Source: Desulfurococcaceae archaeon
GTDB taxonomy: Archaea; Thermoproteota; Thermoprotei_A; Sulfolobales; Desulfurococcaceae
NCBI GenBank assembly: GCA_038888155.1
Contig: JAWAJB010000002.1
Location: 192,001 to 256,000, forward strand
DNA length: 64,000 nucleotides
Reading direction: 5' to 3'
Shown piece after piece: positions 29,323-38,928 of this stretch (position 1 is its first letter; each line of letters begins with the position of its first letter). The notes beneath the pieces were generated by a model that worked only from the letters and a program-made list of their open reading frames with translations, made no database searches and was not told where the DNA came from. A program made the position numbers and the translations under genes.

Positions 29323-30291
29323 GTGTTATTTATGTTCTACCTAAAGGATGTGTATTCAGCTCGAAAGCGAATATCTAAGTACGTTAGAAGAACGCCCTTG
29401 GTATACTCTAAAAAGCTATCAAACCTCCTTGGCTTTAACACTTACCTTAAACTCGAGAATCACCAAGTCACAAGGGCTTTTAAAGTAAGAGGAGGTGTAA
29501 ACTACGTGTTGAGTAATGAGGATGAAGCCCTAAAGAGTGGATTAATTACGGCATCGACCGGCAACCATGCCCAGTCCATAGCATACGCTGGGTCCATTAT
29601 AGGGGCAAAAGTTGTGGTTGTGATGCCCCATGGCGTATCGAGAGTTAAGGTAGATGCTGTAAAAGACTTGGGCGCTGAGGTCATATTCTATGGAAAAGTT
29701 TTTGATGAGGCACTAGATTATGCGCTAGATTTATCCAAGAACAAAGGCATGAAATTCGTACACAGTGTGAATGAATCCCTCTTATACCCTGGAGTTGGAA
29801 CTATGCACTTAGAAGTGCTTGAGGATTTACCCGAGGTGAATGTAGTAATTAACCCTATTGGTGGAGGATCTGGGGCAAGTAGCGGAGTAATTATATACAA
29901 GACTGTTAATCCTAAGATCAAAGTCATCGGCGTTCAAGCAGAGGGGGCTCCTAGTGTTTATTTATCGATAAAGGAAGGAAAGGTCGTTTCAACGGGCGAG
30001 GCCAGGACTGCTGCTGAAGGTCTGGCTACATCAAGGGCCTATGACTTTTCTTTTAATATATTAAAGGGCAGAATAGATGACGTGGTGCTTGTAAGCGACA
30101 GGGAGATATTTCGGGCTGTAAAGCTGTTGGTTGAAACAGAGAGAGAGATCGCAGAACCAGCGGGAGCTGCTTCTTTGGCTGCTGCTCTCAAATTAAAAAA
30201 CACGGAAGACATTAATGTCGTCCTAATGGTAACAGGTGGCAACATAGATATCCCAATATTGAGTAAATTACTTCAAAGCCAGGAGGACTAA
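29323..30291 (+). CDS. PLP-dependent threonine/serine ammonia-lyase or serine racemase family (no ACT domain)
   Basis: KLENHQ..AFKVRG PLP lysine, STGNHAQ, PIGGGSG, EPAGAA, TGGNID. Confidence 0.88.
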   Translation: MLFMFYLKDVYSARKRISKYVRRTPLVYSKKLSNLLGFNTYLKLENHQVTRAFKVRGGVNYVLSNEDEALKSGLITASTGNHAQSIAYAGSIIGAKVVVVMPHGVSRVKVDAVKDLGAEVIFYGKVFDEALDYALDLSKNKGMKFVHSVNESLLYPGVGTMHLEVLEDLPEVNVVINPIGGGSGASSGVIIYKTVNPKIKVIGVQAEGAPSVYLSIKEGKVVSTGEARTAAEGLATSRAYDFSFNILKGRIDDVVLVSDREIFRAVKLLVETEREIAEPAGAASLAAALKLKNTEDINVVLMVTGGNIDIPILSKLLQSQED

Positions 30292-30382
30292 TAATCGACT
30301 CAATAATTTTATATTCTATCAAACATCATTTTGTGAAATAAATAAGTCTTTAAGTAAACATCGGCTTCAATGAGCCCTTCGG

Positions 30383-30410
30383 TATAAGTTAATTAAGGTG
30401 AAAACTTATA
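30383..30410. promoter_or_regulatory. Inverted repeat overlapping the likely TATA box of the dpp operon
   Basis: TATAAGTT-N12-AACTTATA; TTATAAA at 30406-30412. Confidence 0.35.
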
Positions 30411-30473
30411 AAGGCAAAGGTCGTATTACTCTTTTCCAAGTAAATAACTTGGCGCTAAACGCTGGGAAAGAAA

Positions 30474-31394
30474 ATGGGCTTTGGAAGATATATAATAAAA
30501 AGCCTATTGGCCTCCATACCTGTGCTTATAGGGGCTACTTTTATAGTATTTGCCCTTATTTACGTTACAGGTGACCCAGTCAGCGTAATTCTAGGAGAGT
30601 TCGCAACTCCAGAATTAGTTGAGAAGCTTAGGCAAGACCTTGGGCTAGATAAACCACTTATCGTTCAGTACTTCATTTGGTTAAGTAGGGTAATAAGAGG
30701 AGATTTTGGGGTGTCCTATATGAGCAGGCTTCCAGTAACACTAGTTGTACTAGAGAGAATCCCAACTACGCTAATGTTAACTGGAACTGCATTTCTAATT
30801 TCACTAGGCCTGGGCATTTCATCTGGCGTTCTGGCCGCCCTTCGACACGGCTCAAGGGTGGATACGATTATTAGTTCTGTTATCATATTCTTCTTCTCTG
30901 TGCCCTACTTCTGGTTCGCTACAGTTCTCTTGTGGATATTTACTGTTCAGATACGATTGTACTCTACAATCGGCGATCTCTTTCAAAGGTTGTGGTTGCC
31001 GTCTATTGCCCTAGGAGTTCCTACGGCGGCAGCGTACGCTAAGCTCACCAGATCTAATGTTATTGACACGCTTTATCAAGACTATGTTCGTACCGCTAAG
31101 TCTAAGGGTTTAAGGGAACGCATTATTATTATAAGGCACGTTCTAAAAAATGCACTATTACCTATAGTAGCTCTTGCTGTTCTGAGAATTCCATGGCTTT
31201 TTGGCGGCGCCGTAGTAACAGAATCTGTATTCGGTTGGCCCGGATTGGGTTCGCTGCTTATAACAGCAATATATAGGCGAGATTTTCCCATAGTTCAAGC
31301 CATAACATTCATTATAGTAGTTATGATTACAGTATCGGATATACTTGGTGACCTGTTAATGGCGCTTATAGACCCTAGGGTGCGAATGGGGTGA
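30474..31394 (+). CDS. dppB: Dipeptide/oligopeptide ABC transporter permease
   Basis: GLDKPL..QY, GDFG.S, DYVRTAKSKGL EAA loop, E.VFGWPGLG, IDPRV. Confidence 0.93.
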   Translation: MGFGRYIIKSLLASIPVLIGATFIVFALIYVTGDPVSVILGEFATPELVEKLRQDLGLDKPLIVQYFIWLSRVIRGDFGVSYMSRLPVTLVVLERIPTTLMLTGTAFLISLGLGISSGVLAALRHGSRVDTIISSVIIFFFSVPYFWFATVLLWIFTVQIRLYSTIGDLFQRLWLPSIALGVPTAAAYAKLTRSNVIDTLYQDYVRTAKSKGLRERIIIIRHVLKNALLPIVALAVLRIPWLFGGAVVTESVFGWPGLGSLLITAIYRRDFPIVQAITFIIVVMITVSDILGDLLMALIDPRVRMG

Positions 31395-31406
31395 CCCACT
31401 CTGGGT

Positions 31407-32273
31407 GTGCTTAAATCATCATTAGACATTATAAAAAAGAACATCATAGGAAAAACAGCAATTTTTCTCAGGGATAAGAAGAGCTTATTGAGCATTACCA
31501 TACTCTTATGCATAGTAATGTTATCTGTAATGGCCGACTATATTGCACCTTATCACTTTAACGAACAGGATCTAGCTAGAAGGTTGCAACCTCCCAGCAT
31601 GATCCACGTCTTTGGTACTGATGCTCTGGGAAGAGACATATTTTCTAGGATATTGTACGCGGGTCGCGTGACGCTCTTGTTGGGTGTAACGATAACCATA
31701 CTCACATCAATTATAGGGATCTCCTTTGGCTTGCTATCGGGTTACGTTGGTGGGTTAGTTGACCTAATTATATGCAAAATAGCTGAGATCTTTTGGGCTT
31801 TCCCAACAATAGTACTGGCCCTCGCGTTAGCCGCTGTTCTCGGCCCGAGCGTTGAAAATGTAATCCTAGTTCTTGCTATACTTATGTGGGTGCCGTTTAC
31901 TAAGGTCACTAGGGCTAAAGCGCTTGTTCTGCGTGAAATGCCATTCATTAAGTATGTAAAGGCATTGGGCCTAAACCCCTTTATAATAATAGGTAAACAC
32001 GTGTTCCCAAACTTAATATCCGATATCATTGTTTTGTTCGTGTTATCTATTCCCGATGCCATGTTGACAAGTGCGGCACTAAGTTTTTTGGGGTTAGGAG
32101 TTCAACCTCCAACGCCAGAGTGGGGTGCAATGCTGGCCGATGGTAGATTATACTTTACTAGAGCCCCTTGGATAACTATATTCCCCGGTATGTTCCTTGT
32201 TTTAACAGCCTTAAGCTTAAATATTCTTGGCGATGTACTACGTGATTTGACTGCTCCAAGGCTACGGGGGTAA
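31407..32273 (+). CDS. dppC: Dipeptide/oligopeptide ABC transporter permease
   Basis: HVFGTDALGRDIFSR, LSFLGLGVQPPTPEWG. Confidence 0.93.
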   Translation: MLKSSLDIIKKNIIGKTAIFLRDKKSLLSITILLCIVMLSVMADYIAPYHFNEQDLARRLQPPSMIHVFGTDALGRDIFSRILYAGRVTLLLGVTITILTSIIGISFGLLSGYVGGLVDLIICKIAEIFWAFPTIVLALALAAVLGPSVENVILVLAILMWVPFTKVTRAKALVLREMPFIKYVKALGLNPFIIIGKHVFPNLISDIIVLFVLSIPDAMLTSAALSFLGLGVQPPTPEWGAMLADGRLYFTRAPWITIFPGMFLVLTALSLNILGDVLRDLTAPRLRG

Positions 32274-32280
32274 CTGGTAA

Positions 32281-33255
32281 ATGTACACGCAACTACTTCA
32301 GGTAAGGAACTTAGTGGTGTATTACGCAACTAGGCATGGAGTCGTAAAAGCCGTGGACGGCATGTCGTTTCATGTGGGCAAGGGTGAAAAAGTTTGCTTA
32401 ATAGGAGAAAGTGGTTCTGGTAAATCAACAGTAGCCCTTTCAATAATGAAGCTGTTGCCAAAAAACGCTACAGTTGAGGGGGAAATAATATTTGAAGGCA
32501 TTAATTTGCTGAACTTGAGCGAAGATGATATGCGTAAGATTAGAGGCAGTGAAATATCAATGGTGTTTCAAGATCCGCTGACTGCTCTTAATCCGCTTTT
32601 AACTATTGGGTTACAGTGTAGTGAACCTTACGAAGAACACTTGAAAATAAGTAGAAGGGAGGCTATGACCAAAGCTATTGATATGCTGAAAAAAGTGAAA
32701 ATACCATCTGCTGAAATTGCCATAAGGAGATATCCACATACATTTAGTGGCGGTATGAGGCAGAGAAGCCTTATTGCTATGATGCTTTCTCTCAAGCCTA
32801 AATTGATTGTTGCAGATGAGCCATTTTCTGCCTTAGATGTATCTCTGCAGGTAGGTGTTATGCAACTACTAAATGAATTAATAAAGGATTCGGGTGCATC
32901 GTTGTTGTTGATAACACATGATTTGGGAGTTGCCGCTGAAATGTGTGATAGAGTTGTTGTGATGTATGCTGGCAAACTCCTTGAGGAATCGGATGTCTTT
33001 AACATCTTTGATAATCCTAAGCATCCCTATACACAAGGACTTCTGAGCTCTCTCCCTACGCCAGATAAAATCCTTAAGAAATCGGAGCTACCCATGATGA
33101 GAGGGCTTCCCCCAAGCCTAGTAAACCCTCCACCTGGTTGTAGATTCCACCCTAGGTGCCCATTCGCTACAGAGAAGTGCAGCAGGGAGGAACCCCCCCT
33201 CGTTGAAATAGATAGAGGCCACAAAGTAGCTTGTTGGCTACAAAAAGGTGTTTAA
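32281..33255 (+). CDS. dppD: Dipeptide/oligopeptide ABC transporter ATP-binding subunit
   Basis: GESGSGKS, FSGGMRQR, ADEP, HPYT, C-terminal GCRFHPRC..C..VAC. Confidence 0.94.
   Translation: MYTQLLQVRNLVVYYATRHGVVKAVDGMSFHVGKGEKVCLIGESGSGKSTVALSIMKLLPKNATVEGEIIFEGINLLNLSEDDMRKIRGSEISMVFQDPLTALNPLLTIGLQCSEPYEEHLKISRREAMTKAIDMLKKVKIPSAEIAIRRYPHTFSGGMRQRSLIAMMLSLKPKLIVADEPFSALDVSLQVGVMQLLNELIKDSGASLLLITHDLGVAAEMCDRVVVMYAGKLLEESDVFNIFDNPKHPYTQGLLSSLPTPDKILKKSELPMMRGLPPSLVNPPPGCRFHPRCPFATEKCSREEPPLVEIDRGHKVACWLQKGV
33108..33235 (+). repeat. 128-bp direct repeat copy 1 (dppD 3' end)
   Basis: Matches 34079-34206 with 3 synonymous mismatches by eye. Confidence 0.92.
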
Positions 33256-33257
33256 AC

Positions 33258-34241
33258 ATGACGCTTCTAAATGTAGAAAATCTAAAGAAATACTTTCCAC
33301 TAAAAAGATTTGCATTTTTAGGGGGAGGTCTGTATGTTAGAGCTGTTGACGATGTATCTTTCACGCTAAATTATGCCGAAAGCGTGGGAATAGTTGGTGA
33401 GAGCGGTTCTGGAAAAACTACGCTTGGATACGTCGTAGCAGGTCTGGAGAAACCAACTAGTGGGAGAATGACATTAGATGGCATAGATATAACTCGTAAG
33501 ATGCCCAAGGCGTTAAGAGGGACTGTTCAAATAGTATTTCAAGACCCCAGATCCTCTTTTGATCCTAGGCTCAAGGTATTAGACTCTGTTGTAGAGCCAT
33601 TGATGATACTTGGTGGAACTAACTTAACAAAGGACGAAGCTATAGAAAGGGCTATAGAGCTCGGTAGATCAATTGGTTTAGATGAGGAGCAACTAAATAA
33701 ATATCCACATGAGTTGAGCGGCGGTCAAATTCAGAGAGTAGCCATTGCAAGGGCTTTAATAACCAACCCAAAGCTAGTCGTCCTCGATGAACCAACTTCT
33801 GCGCTAGACGTTTCGCTTAGATCTCAGATCTTAAATTTGCTGATGAAAATTAAACAACAAATGAGACTTACCTATCTAATAATATCTCACGACATGTTTA
33901 CAATTAGTTATATGAGCGAGAGAATAATGACTATGTACGCGGGTAAAGTGGTTGAAGAAGCCGTCACAGATAATATACTGAACAAACCGCTACATCCCTA
34001 TACACTGGCCCTCATTACCTCTACACCTACCCCAAACCCCCATCTTAGAAACCGTAAACGGCTGATTTTGCAGGGCGATCCCCCAAGCCTAGTAAACCCT
34101 CCACCTGGTTGTAGGTTTCACCCTAGGTGCCCATTTGCTACAGAGAAGTGCAGCAGGGAGGAACCCCCCCTCGTTGAAATAGATAGAGGCCACAAAGTAG
34201 CTTGTTACAATATTGAAAAAGTTGAAAAAGGGATTGCTTAG
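33258..34241 (+). CDS. dppF: Dipeptide/oligopeptide ABC transporter ATP-binding subunit
   Basis: GESGSGKT, LSGGQIQR, LDEPTSALD, HPYT; ATG 33258 after AGGTG RBS. Confidence 0.94.
   Translation: MTLLNVENLKKYFPLKRFAFLGGGLYVRAVDDVSFTLNYAESVGIVGESGSGKTTLGYVVAGLEKPTSGRMTLDGIDITRKMPKALRGTVQIVFQDPRSSFDPRLKVLDSVVEPLMILGGTNLTKDEAIERAIELGRSIGLDEEQLNKYPHELSGGQIQRVAIARALITNPKLVVLDEPTSALDVSLRSQILNLLMKIKQQMRLTYLIISHDMFTISYMSERIMTMYAGKVVEEAVTDNILNKPLHPYTLALITSTPTPNPHLRNRKRLILQGDPPSLVNPPPGCRFHPRCPFATEKCSREEPPLVEIDRGHKVACYNIEKVEKGIA
34079..34206 (+). repeat. 128-bp direct repeat copy 2 (dppF 3' end)
   Basis: Near-identical to 33108-33235 (offset 971). Confidence 0.92.
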
Positions 34242-34463
34242 ATCGAAACGACACAGACGAGTCTAGCGAGCAAATACCAAAGCTATTTAGTTAAAATTTT
34301 CCCGAACAACATTTTGCAATGAGAACGCGAGCTACTTTTCTCTCATTGACTATTCTGGAAGGCTACTTTGAATAGGCTAAGGAGTATACGAATAACCAGC
34401 TGCTAAAAACGAAGTGTGATAGGTATAAAAATTACGCTAACTATTTAAGAACTGGGTGTTATT

Positions 34464-36149
34464 GTGAAAGCGATATCGAGGACTATGATAGTTGCCCTCA
34501 TGGTTGTTATAGTGGCTATCGCTATTATAGCAGCAGTGCTAATAACGCCAACTCCTTCTCCAATCACTACTCAAACTCCAACAACAACCCCTACTCCCAC
34601 TCCTACTACGATTGGGCTGTTCAGAATAGGGCACAACTATGAACCCGATACTCTAGATCTTCACGCAACAACTTGGGCCGATATAACCTCGTCGTTGATT
34701 TACGGTACTTACTTAATACGTGATTGGCGCAATGGTGAATTTCTTGGGTACTTGGCTGAGAGATGGTGGTTTGGTGAACAGGGCAAGGAGGTCTACATCA
34801 AGCTAAAATCAAATCTAAAATTCGCTAATGGTGAGCCGATAAATGCGAGTGTAATTAAGTACACGTATGAAAGAATGCTTAGTAAAAATGCACCAACACT
34901 AGGCACTTTCGGCAAGCTGGAGCGTGTTGAAGTGGTTGATAACCTCACAGCCAAACTGGTGTTTAAAGAACCTTTTGCCCCACTATTGATAACATTAATA
35001 AATAGCTATCACGGCGTTTTTCCACCCGGGTATATTGGCTCTGTTGGCGATATTGAGTTCGGCCGCAAGCCCCTCAGCGCAGGCTATTTCTACGTTGTAG
35101 AGTGGAAAGTTGGGGATTATATCCTTTATGAACGTAACCCACATTACATAAGGAGAGCTGATGTCGGGGGACAAGGGCCTTTACCCATTGAGAAGATACA
35201 ATTAAAGTTTATACGGGATCCCGCAGGCCTGGTATCATCCTTGCTGGCAGGAGACGTTGATTTAATAACTACTATACCCCCAGATCTTTACCCCGAGCTT
35301 CTCCAAAGAAATGGATCAGATATAATTGTTGCTACATACCCCGGCATTCAACTAAACTACTTTGGTTTCAACACCATTAAGTGGCCATTCAGCGACGTTA
35401 ATGTAAGGCGCGCAGTATCGGTAGTTCTGGGAGGCACAGATATACGCGAGGGACTAAATCAGATCTTAAGTGGATTAACGTACCCTATATGGGGTCCTCT
35501 TGTACCCACAATAGCTGGCTACAATGGAGAAATGGAGAAATATGCTCAGGATGTAAATTACTATAACTTATCTTTGTCTGAGAGAATAAAGAAGGCTCAC
35601 GAAATCCTCAAGGCAGCTGGATGGGAGGACCGAGATGGCGACGGCATATTAGAGTACACTAACGGAACTAAATTCGAGTTCCCGCTGCTAGTACCTAGCG
35701 AATTTTTTGATGTTAAAGAGGCTGAATTCTTGACAAACATTTTAGGCCAAGCTGGTATGAAATTCAATATACAAGTCATGGATACTGTAACGATAAGAGA
35801 CAAATATTTATTAAAAGCGGAACACTATGCTTTTCTATACATATATGGTTACCAGGATGCCATGATACTGAGGTATCTTTTCCACAGTACCGGCGTCAAA
35901 AGAACGTGGTTTAATACCCCTGAACTCGATGAATTACTTGATAAAGTTACTACAGTTGTTGATCCAGTAGAAAGACAGAAGTATATAGATGCAGCTCAAA
36001 AGATATTAATTGACAATTCGCCGTGGGTACCTCTATATGCTCCCAAGTCTGCTATGGCCTGGCGCTCTGAGTACACAGGTTTGATAATTAACGAATACGA
36101 AGGAGGGACTCTACTCTTCGAGCTAGTGTCTAAGAAAATTGGGGGCTAA
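34464..36149 (+). CDS. dppA: Family 5 peptide ABC transporter substrate-binding protein
   Basis: N-terminal hydrophobic anchor, Thr/Pro linker, LKFANGEPINA, PFSDVNVRRAV, DRDGDGILE. Confidence 0.9.
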   Translation: MKAISRTMIVALMVVIVAIAIIAAVLITPTPSPITTQTPTTTPTPTPTTIGLFRIGHNYEPDTLDLHATTWADITSSLIYGTYLIRDWRNGEFLGYLAERWWFGEQGKEVYIKLKSNLKFANGEPINASVIKYTYERMLSKNAPTLGTFGKLERVEVVDNLTAKLVFKEPFAPLLITLINSYHGVFPPGYIGSVGDIEFGRKPLSAGYFYVVEWKVGDYILYERNPHYIRRADVGGQGPLPIEKIQLKFIRDPAGLVSSLLAGDVDLITTIPPDLYPELLQRNGSDIIVATYPGIQLNYFGFNTIKWPFSDVNVRRAVSVVLGGTDIREGLNQILSGLTYPIWGPLVPTIAGYNGEMEKYAQDVNYYNLSLSERIKKAHEILKAAGWEDRDGDGILEYTNGTKFEFPLLVPSEFFDVKEAEFLTNILGQAGMKFNIQVMDTVTIRDKYLLKAEHYAFLYIYGYQDAMILRYLFHSTGVKRTWFNTPELDELLDKVTTVVDPVERQKYIDAAQKILIDNSPWVPLYAPKSAMAWRSEYTGLIINEYEGGTLLFELVSKKIGG

Positions 36150-36214
36150 GGGCAATTTAGGTCAATCTTTTTTGTTTTTCTATTCGGCTGTTATGAAAGA
36201 AGGGGTAATACGTT

Positions 36215-37111
36215 TTGACAGACAATCTTGAAAAGATCATCCAAGAGACTTCGCTTAAATTTATTGAGAGATACAAAGCTCGAGTAGGTATAGGTGTTAA
36301 GGACCTTAAAAGCGGAAAGGAATATTACATAAATGGAGATATTCGCTTCCAGCCTGCTAGCGTATTCAAGATATTTATACTTTCAACGCTATATGATCAA
36401 GCTGTAAAAGGCAACGTAGATTTAGATAAAATGATCTCCATTGATGATCAAGAAATATCTCCAGGCTCCGGTATATTAAGACATTTTACAGGTAAGTATT
36501 CTTTTAAAATAAGGGATCTAGCTGGACTTATGATGATCTTAAGTGATAATACTGCTACAGACCTTATTCTCAATTTAGTTGGCAAAGATAATGTTAATGA
36601 AACTATTAAAAGATATGGGCTTCATGACTCCAAGGTAGTATATTCATGCAAAGAGCTGATTTTCAAAGCTTTGGGTACAAGCGATCCTCGGCTGTTAGCT
36701 CGAAGGCTTAAGTCAAGGAGACCGAAGATTGATCTAGACTTTCTTAGAAACTACGAAACCAACAATGTAACAACACCCCGGGATATAGTGAAGATATTAG
36801 AGCTTCTTTATTACAGAAAAATTCTAACTCCAGTGGCTTGCAATGAGATTATTGACATCATGAAAAGGTGCCAAACCGGTGAGGCGAGAATGAAAAGATA
36901 TCTGCCGCCAAGCGTAGAGGTAGCTCATAAAACTGGAACTATTGCTGGCATTGTAAACGACGCTGGAATAGTGTTTTGCGGTAAAAGAGATTTCATTCTC
37001 GCAATTTTCCTCAATGAAATTCCTCTCCGCAATGGCCGCTATGTTGCTATTGGAGAAGACTTTATTGCTAAACTATCGTATAAAGTTTATAGGGCCATAA
37101 TATCTTCGTAG
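36215..37111 (+). CDS. Class A beta-lactamase-fold serine hydrolase, no signal peptide
   Basis: SxxK (PASVFK), SDN (LSDNTATD), TTPRD, KTG (AHKTGT), NDAGIV. Confidence 0.9.
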   Translation: MTDNLEKIIQETSLKFIERYKARVGIGVKDLKSGKEYYINGDIRFQPASVFKIFILSTLYDQAVKGNVDLDKMISIDDQEISPGSGILRHFTGKYSFKIRDLAGLMMILSDNTATDLILNLVGKDNVNETIKRYGLHDSKVVYSCKELIFKALGTSDPRLLARRLKSRRPKIDLDFLRNYETNNVTTPRDIVKILELLYYRKILTPVACNEIIDIMKRCQTGEARMKRYLPPSVEVAHKTGTIAGIVNDAGIVFCGKRDFILAIFLNEIPLRNGRYVAIGEDFIAKLSYKVYRAIISS

Positions 37112-37207
37112 TAACAGGAAAACTCTTTTTTATTGACTCACATAAACTATAAATTTTTATAATACCTTCGAGAGTAATAATCATTAACCGATTATTGGTA
37201 GATTCAG

Positions 37208-38830
37208 ATGAGCTCTAGTTGTTATGATATATTAATTAAAGAAGCCCTCATTGTCGATGGAAGTGGTTCCCCCTTCATTAGGGGAGATATAGGTATTAGC
37301 GATGGTAAAATATCCAGATTGGGTCTAGATCTTGGTAATTGTGCTGAAACAGTTATTAATGCTAACAGGCTAATCGTATCCCCTGGCTTTATAGATATGC
37401 ATTCCCATGGTGACTATACATTACTTGCTATGCCCCGCGCCGAGAGCTCTGTTCTTCAAGGCGTTACAACAGTAGTTATTGGCAATTGCGGGAACTCCCT
37501 TGCACCCATTACCAAGAAAAACTTCGAGCTGTTCAAAAACTTTATGAGCCCGTCCCTTGTACAAGGTTACGATTATGGATGGGATTGGAGAAGTACGAAA
37601 GAATTCGCGGAAAAACTAGAGAGGAGAGGTATCTCTGTTAACGTAGTTATGCTTACAGGGCACAATACAATAAGGATTGCCGTTAAAGGTTTGGATTCAA
37701 GTCCTCCTACAAAAAATGAGCTCGAGGAAATGAAAGAGCTTCTTAGGGAATCAATCGAGCAGGGCTCTTGGGGTTTATCTACAGGGTTGATATACGTCCC
37801 AGGCTCCTATTCTAACAAGGAGGAAATAATGGAGCTAGCCAAGGTTCTTAAGGAATTCCATAAAAGACTGATCTACTCTACTCACATGAGAAACGAAGGA
37901 AAGTATCTTTTGGAGTCAGTTGAGGAGGCAATAGAAATAGGCGAAAAAGCCGGCGTCCCTGTTCACATTTCTCACCTCAAAGCAAGCGGCAAGTCTAATT
38001 GGGGCAAGGTAGTAGCAGCCCTGAGATTGATGAGTAGGGCAAGGGAAAGGGGGGTAGATATTACCTGTGATGTCTACCCCTATACAGCTGGTAGTACGCG
38101 AATTACAGCTATATTGCCAGACTGGGTTATTGAGGGAGGATTAGATAATACACTTAAGCGACTCAGCGACCCTTCCACCCGTGAAAAAATAATGAGAGAT
38201 ATTGAAGAAGATCGCATGAGAAACGAGAACTTCATTAAGAGTTGTGGTTGGGACAATATATACATAGCTAGATGCCCAGCATATAAAGAGTTTGAAGGCA
38301 AATCACTACGTGATATCCTATATGGTTTAGGGGACATCTATGAAAACTTCTTTAATTTCTTAGTGAAAGTTCAACTTAATGCATACATAGTAATATTCTA
38401 CGGCGATGAAGAAGATGTAGAAGCTGTATTAAAGCATCCACTTTCGTGCGTGGGGTCAGACTCAAGTCCGATATCTCCGGAATTTGGCGGAAAACCCCAC
38501 CCAAGGGCATATGGCACCTTTCCACGAGTCCTGGGTAGATACGTTAGAGAAAGGAGATTAATTACTATTGAAGAAGCAATTAGGAAGATGACCTCTATGC
38601 CTGCAACTAAGCTAGGCATATCTGATAGAGGGCTAATAAGGCAGGGATTCTTTGCAGATTTAGTGATTTTTGATCCCAACAAGGTTATCGACAATGCGAC
38701 TTTTGGAGATCCTCATCGCTATCCATCTGGAATAAATTACGTTATAGTTAATGGTCAAATTGTCGTCGATCAAGGAGTTCACACCAATAAATTTCCCGGA
38801 AAAGTGTTAAGGTCTCAGCCGTATAAGTAA
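37208..38830 (+). CDS. N-acyl-D-amino-acid deacylase (D-aminoacylase family amidohydrolase)
   Basis: PGFIDMHSH, GNCG, THMRNE, HISHLK, DVYPY, GSD, PHPRAYGTFPR. Confidence 0.92.
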   Translation: MSSSCYDILIKEALIVDGSGSPFIRGDIGISDGKISRLGLDLGNCAETVINANRLIVSPGFIDMHSHGDYTLLAMPRAESSVLQGVTTVVIGNCGNSLAPITKKNFELFKNFMSPSLVQGYDYGWDWRSTKEFAEKLERRGISVNVVMLTGHNTIRIAVKGLDSSPPTKNELEEMKELLRESIEQGSWGLSTGLIYVPGSYSNKEEIMELAKVLKEFHKRLIYSTHMRNEGKYLLESVEEAIEIGEKAGVPVHISHLKASGKSNWGKVVAALRLMSRARERGVDITCDVYPYTAGSTRITAILPDWVIEGGLDNTLKRLSDPSTREKIMRDIEEDRMRNENFIKSCGWDNIYIARCPAYKEFEGKSLRDILYGLGDIYENFFNFLVKVQLNAYIVIFYGDEEDVEAVLKHPLSCVGSDSSPISPEFGGKPHPRAYGTFPRVLGRYVRERRLITIEEAIRKMTSMPATKLGISDRGLIRQGFFADLVIFDPNKVIDNATFGDPHRYPSGINYVIVNGQIVVDQGVHTNKFPGKVLRSQPYK

Positions 38831-38928
38831 TTTTAAACTTTTTTGATCATTCTAGCTTTAAACAAAACTGATTGTGAATATGAGTTTAGTTTAAAAAAGG
38901 ATTATACGTTTGTAGTTTAGGTGGAAAT

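Noticed and set aside
34545-34610. ACTCC/ACAAC short tandem repeats
   Set aside because: Explained by the Thr/Pro linker of the substrate-binding protein
36215-37111. Antibiotic-resistance beta-lactamase
   Set aside because: No export signal, apparent loss of Glu166, host lacks the target, and the context is catabolic
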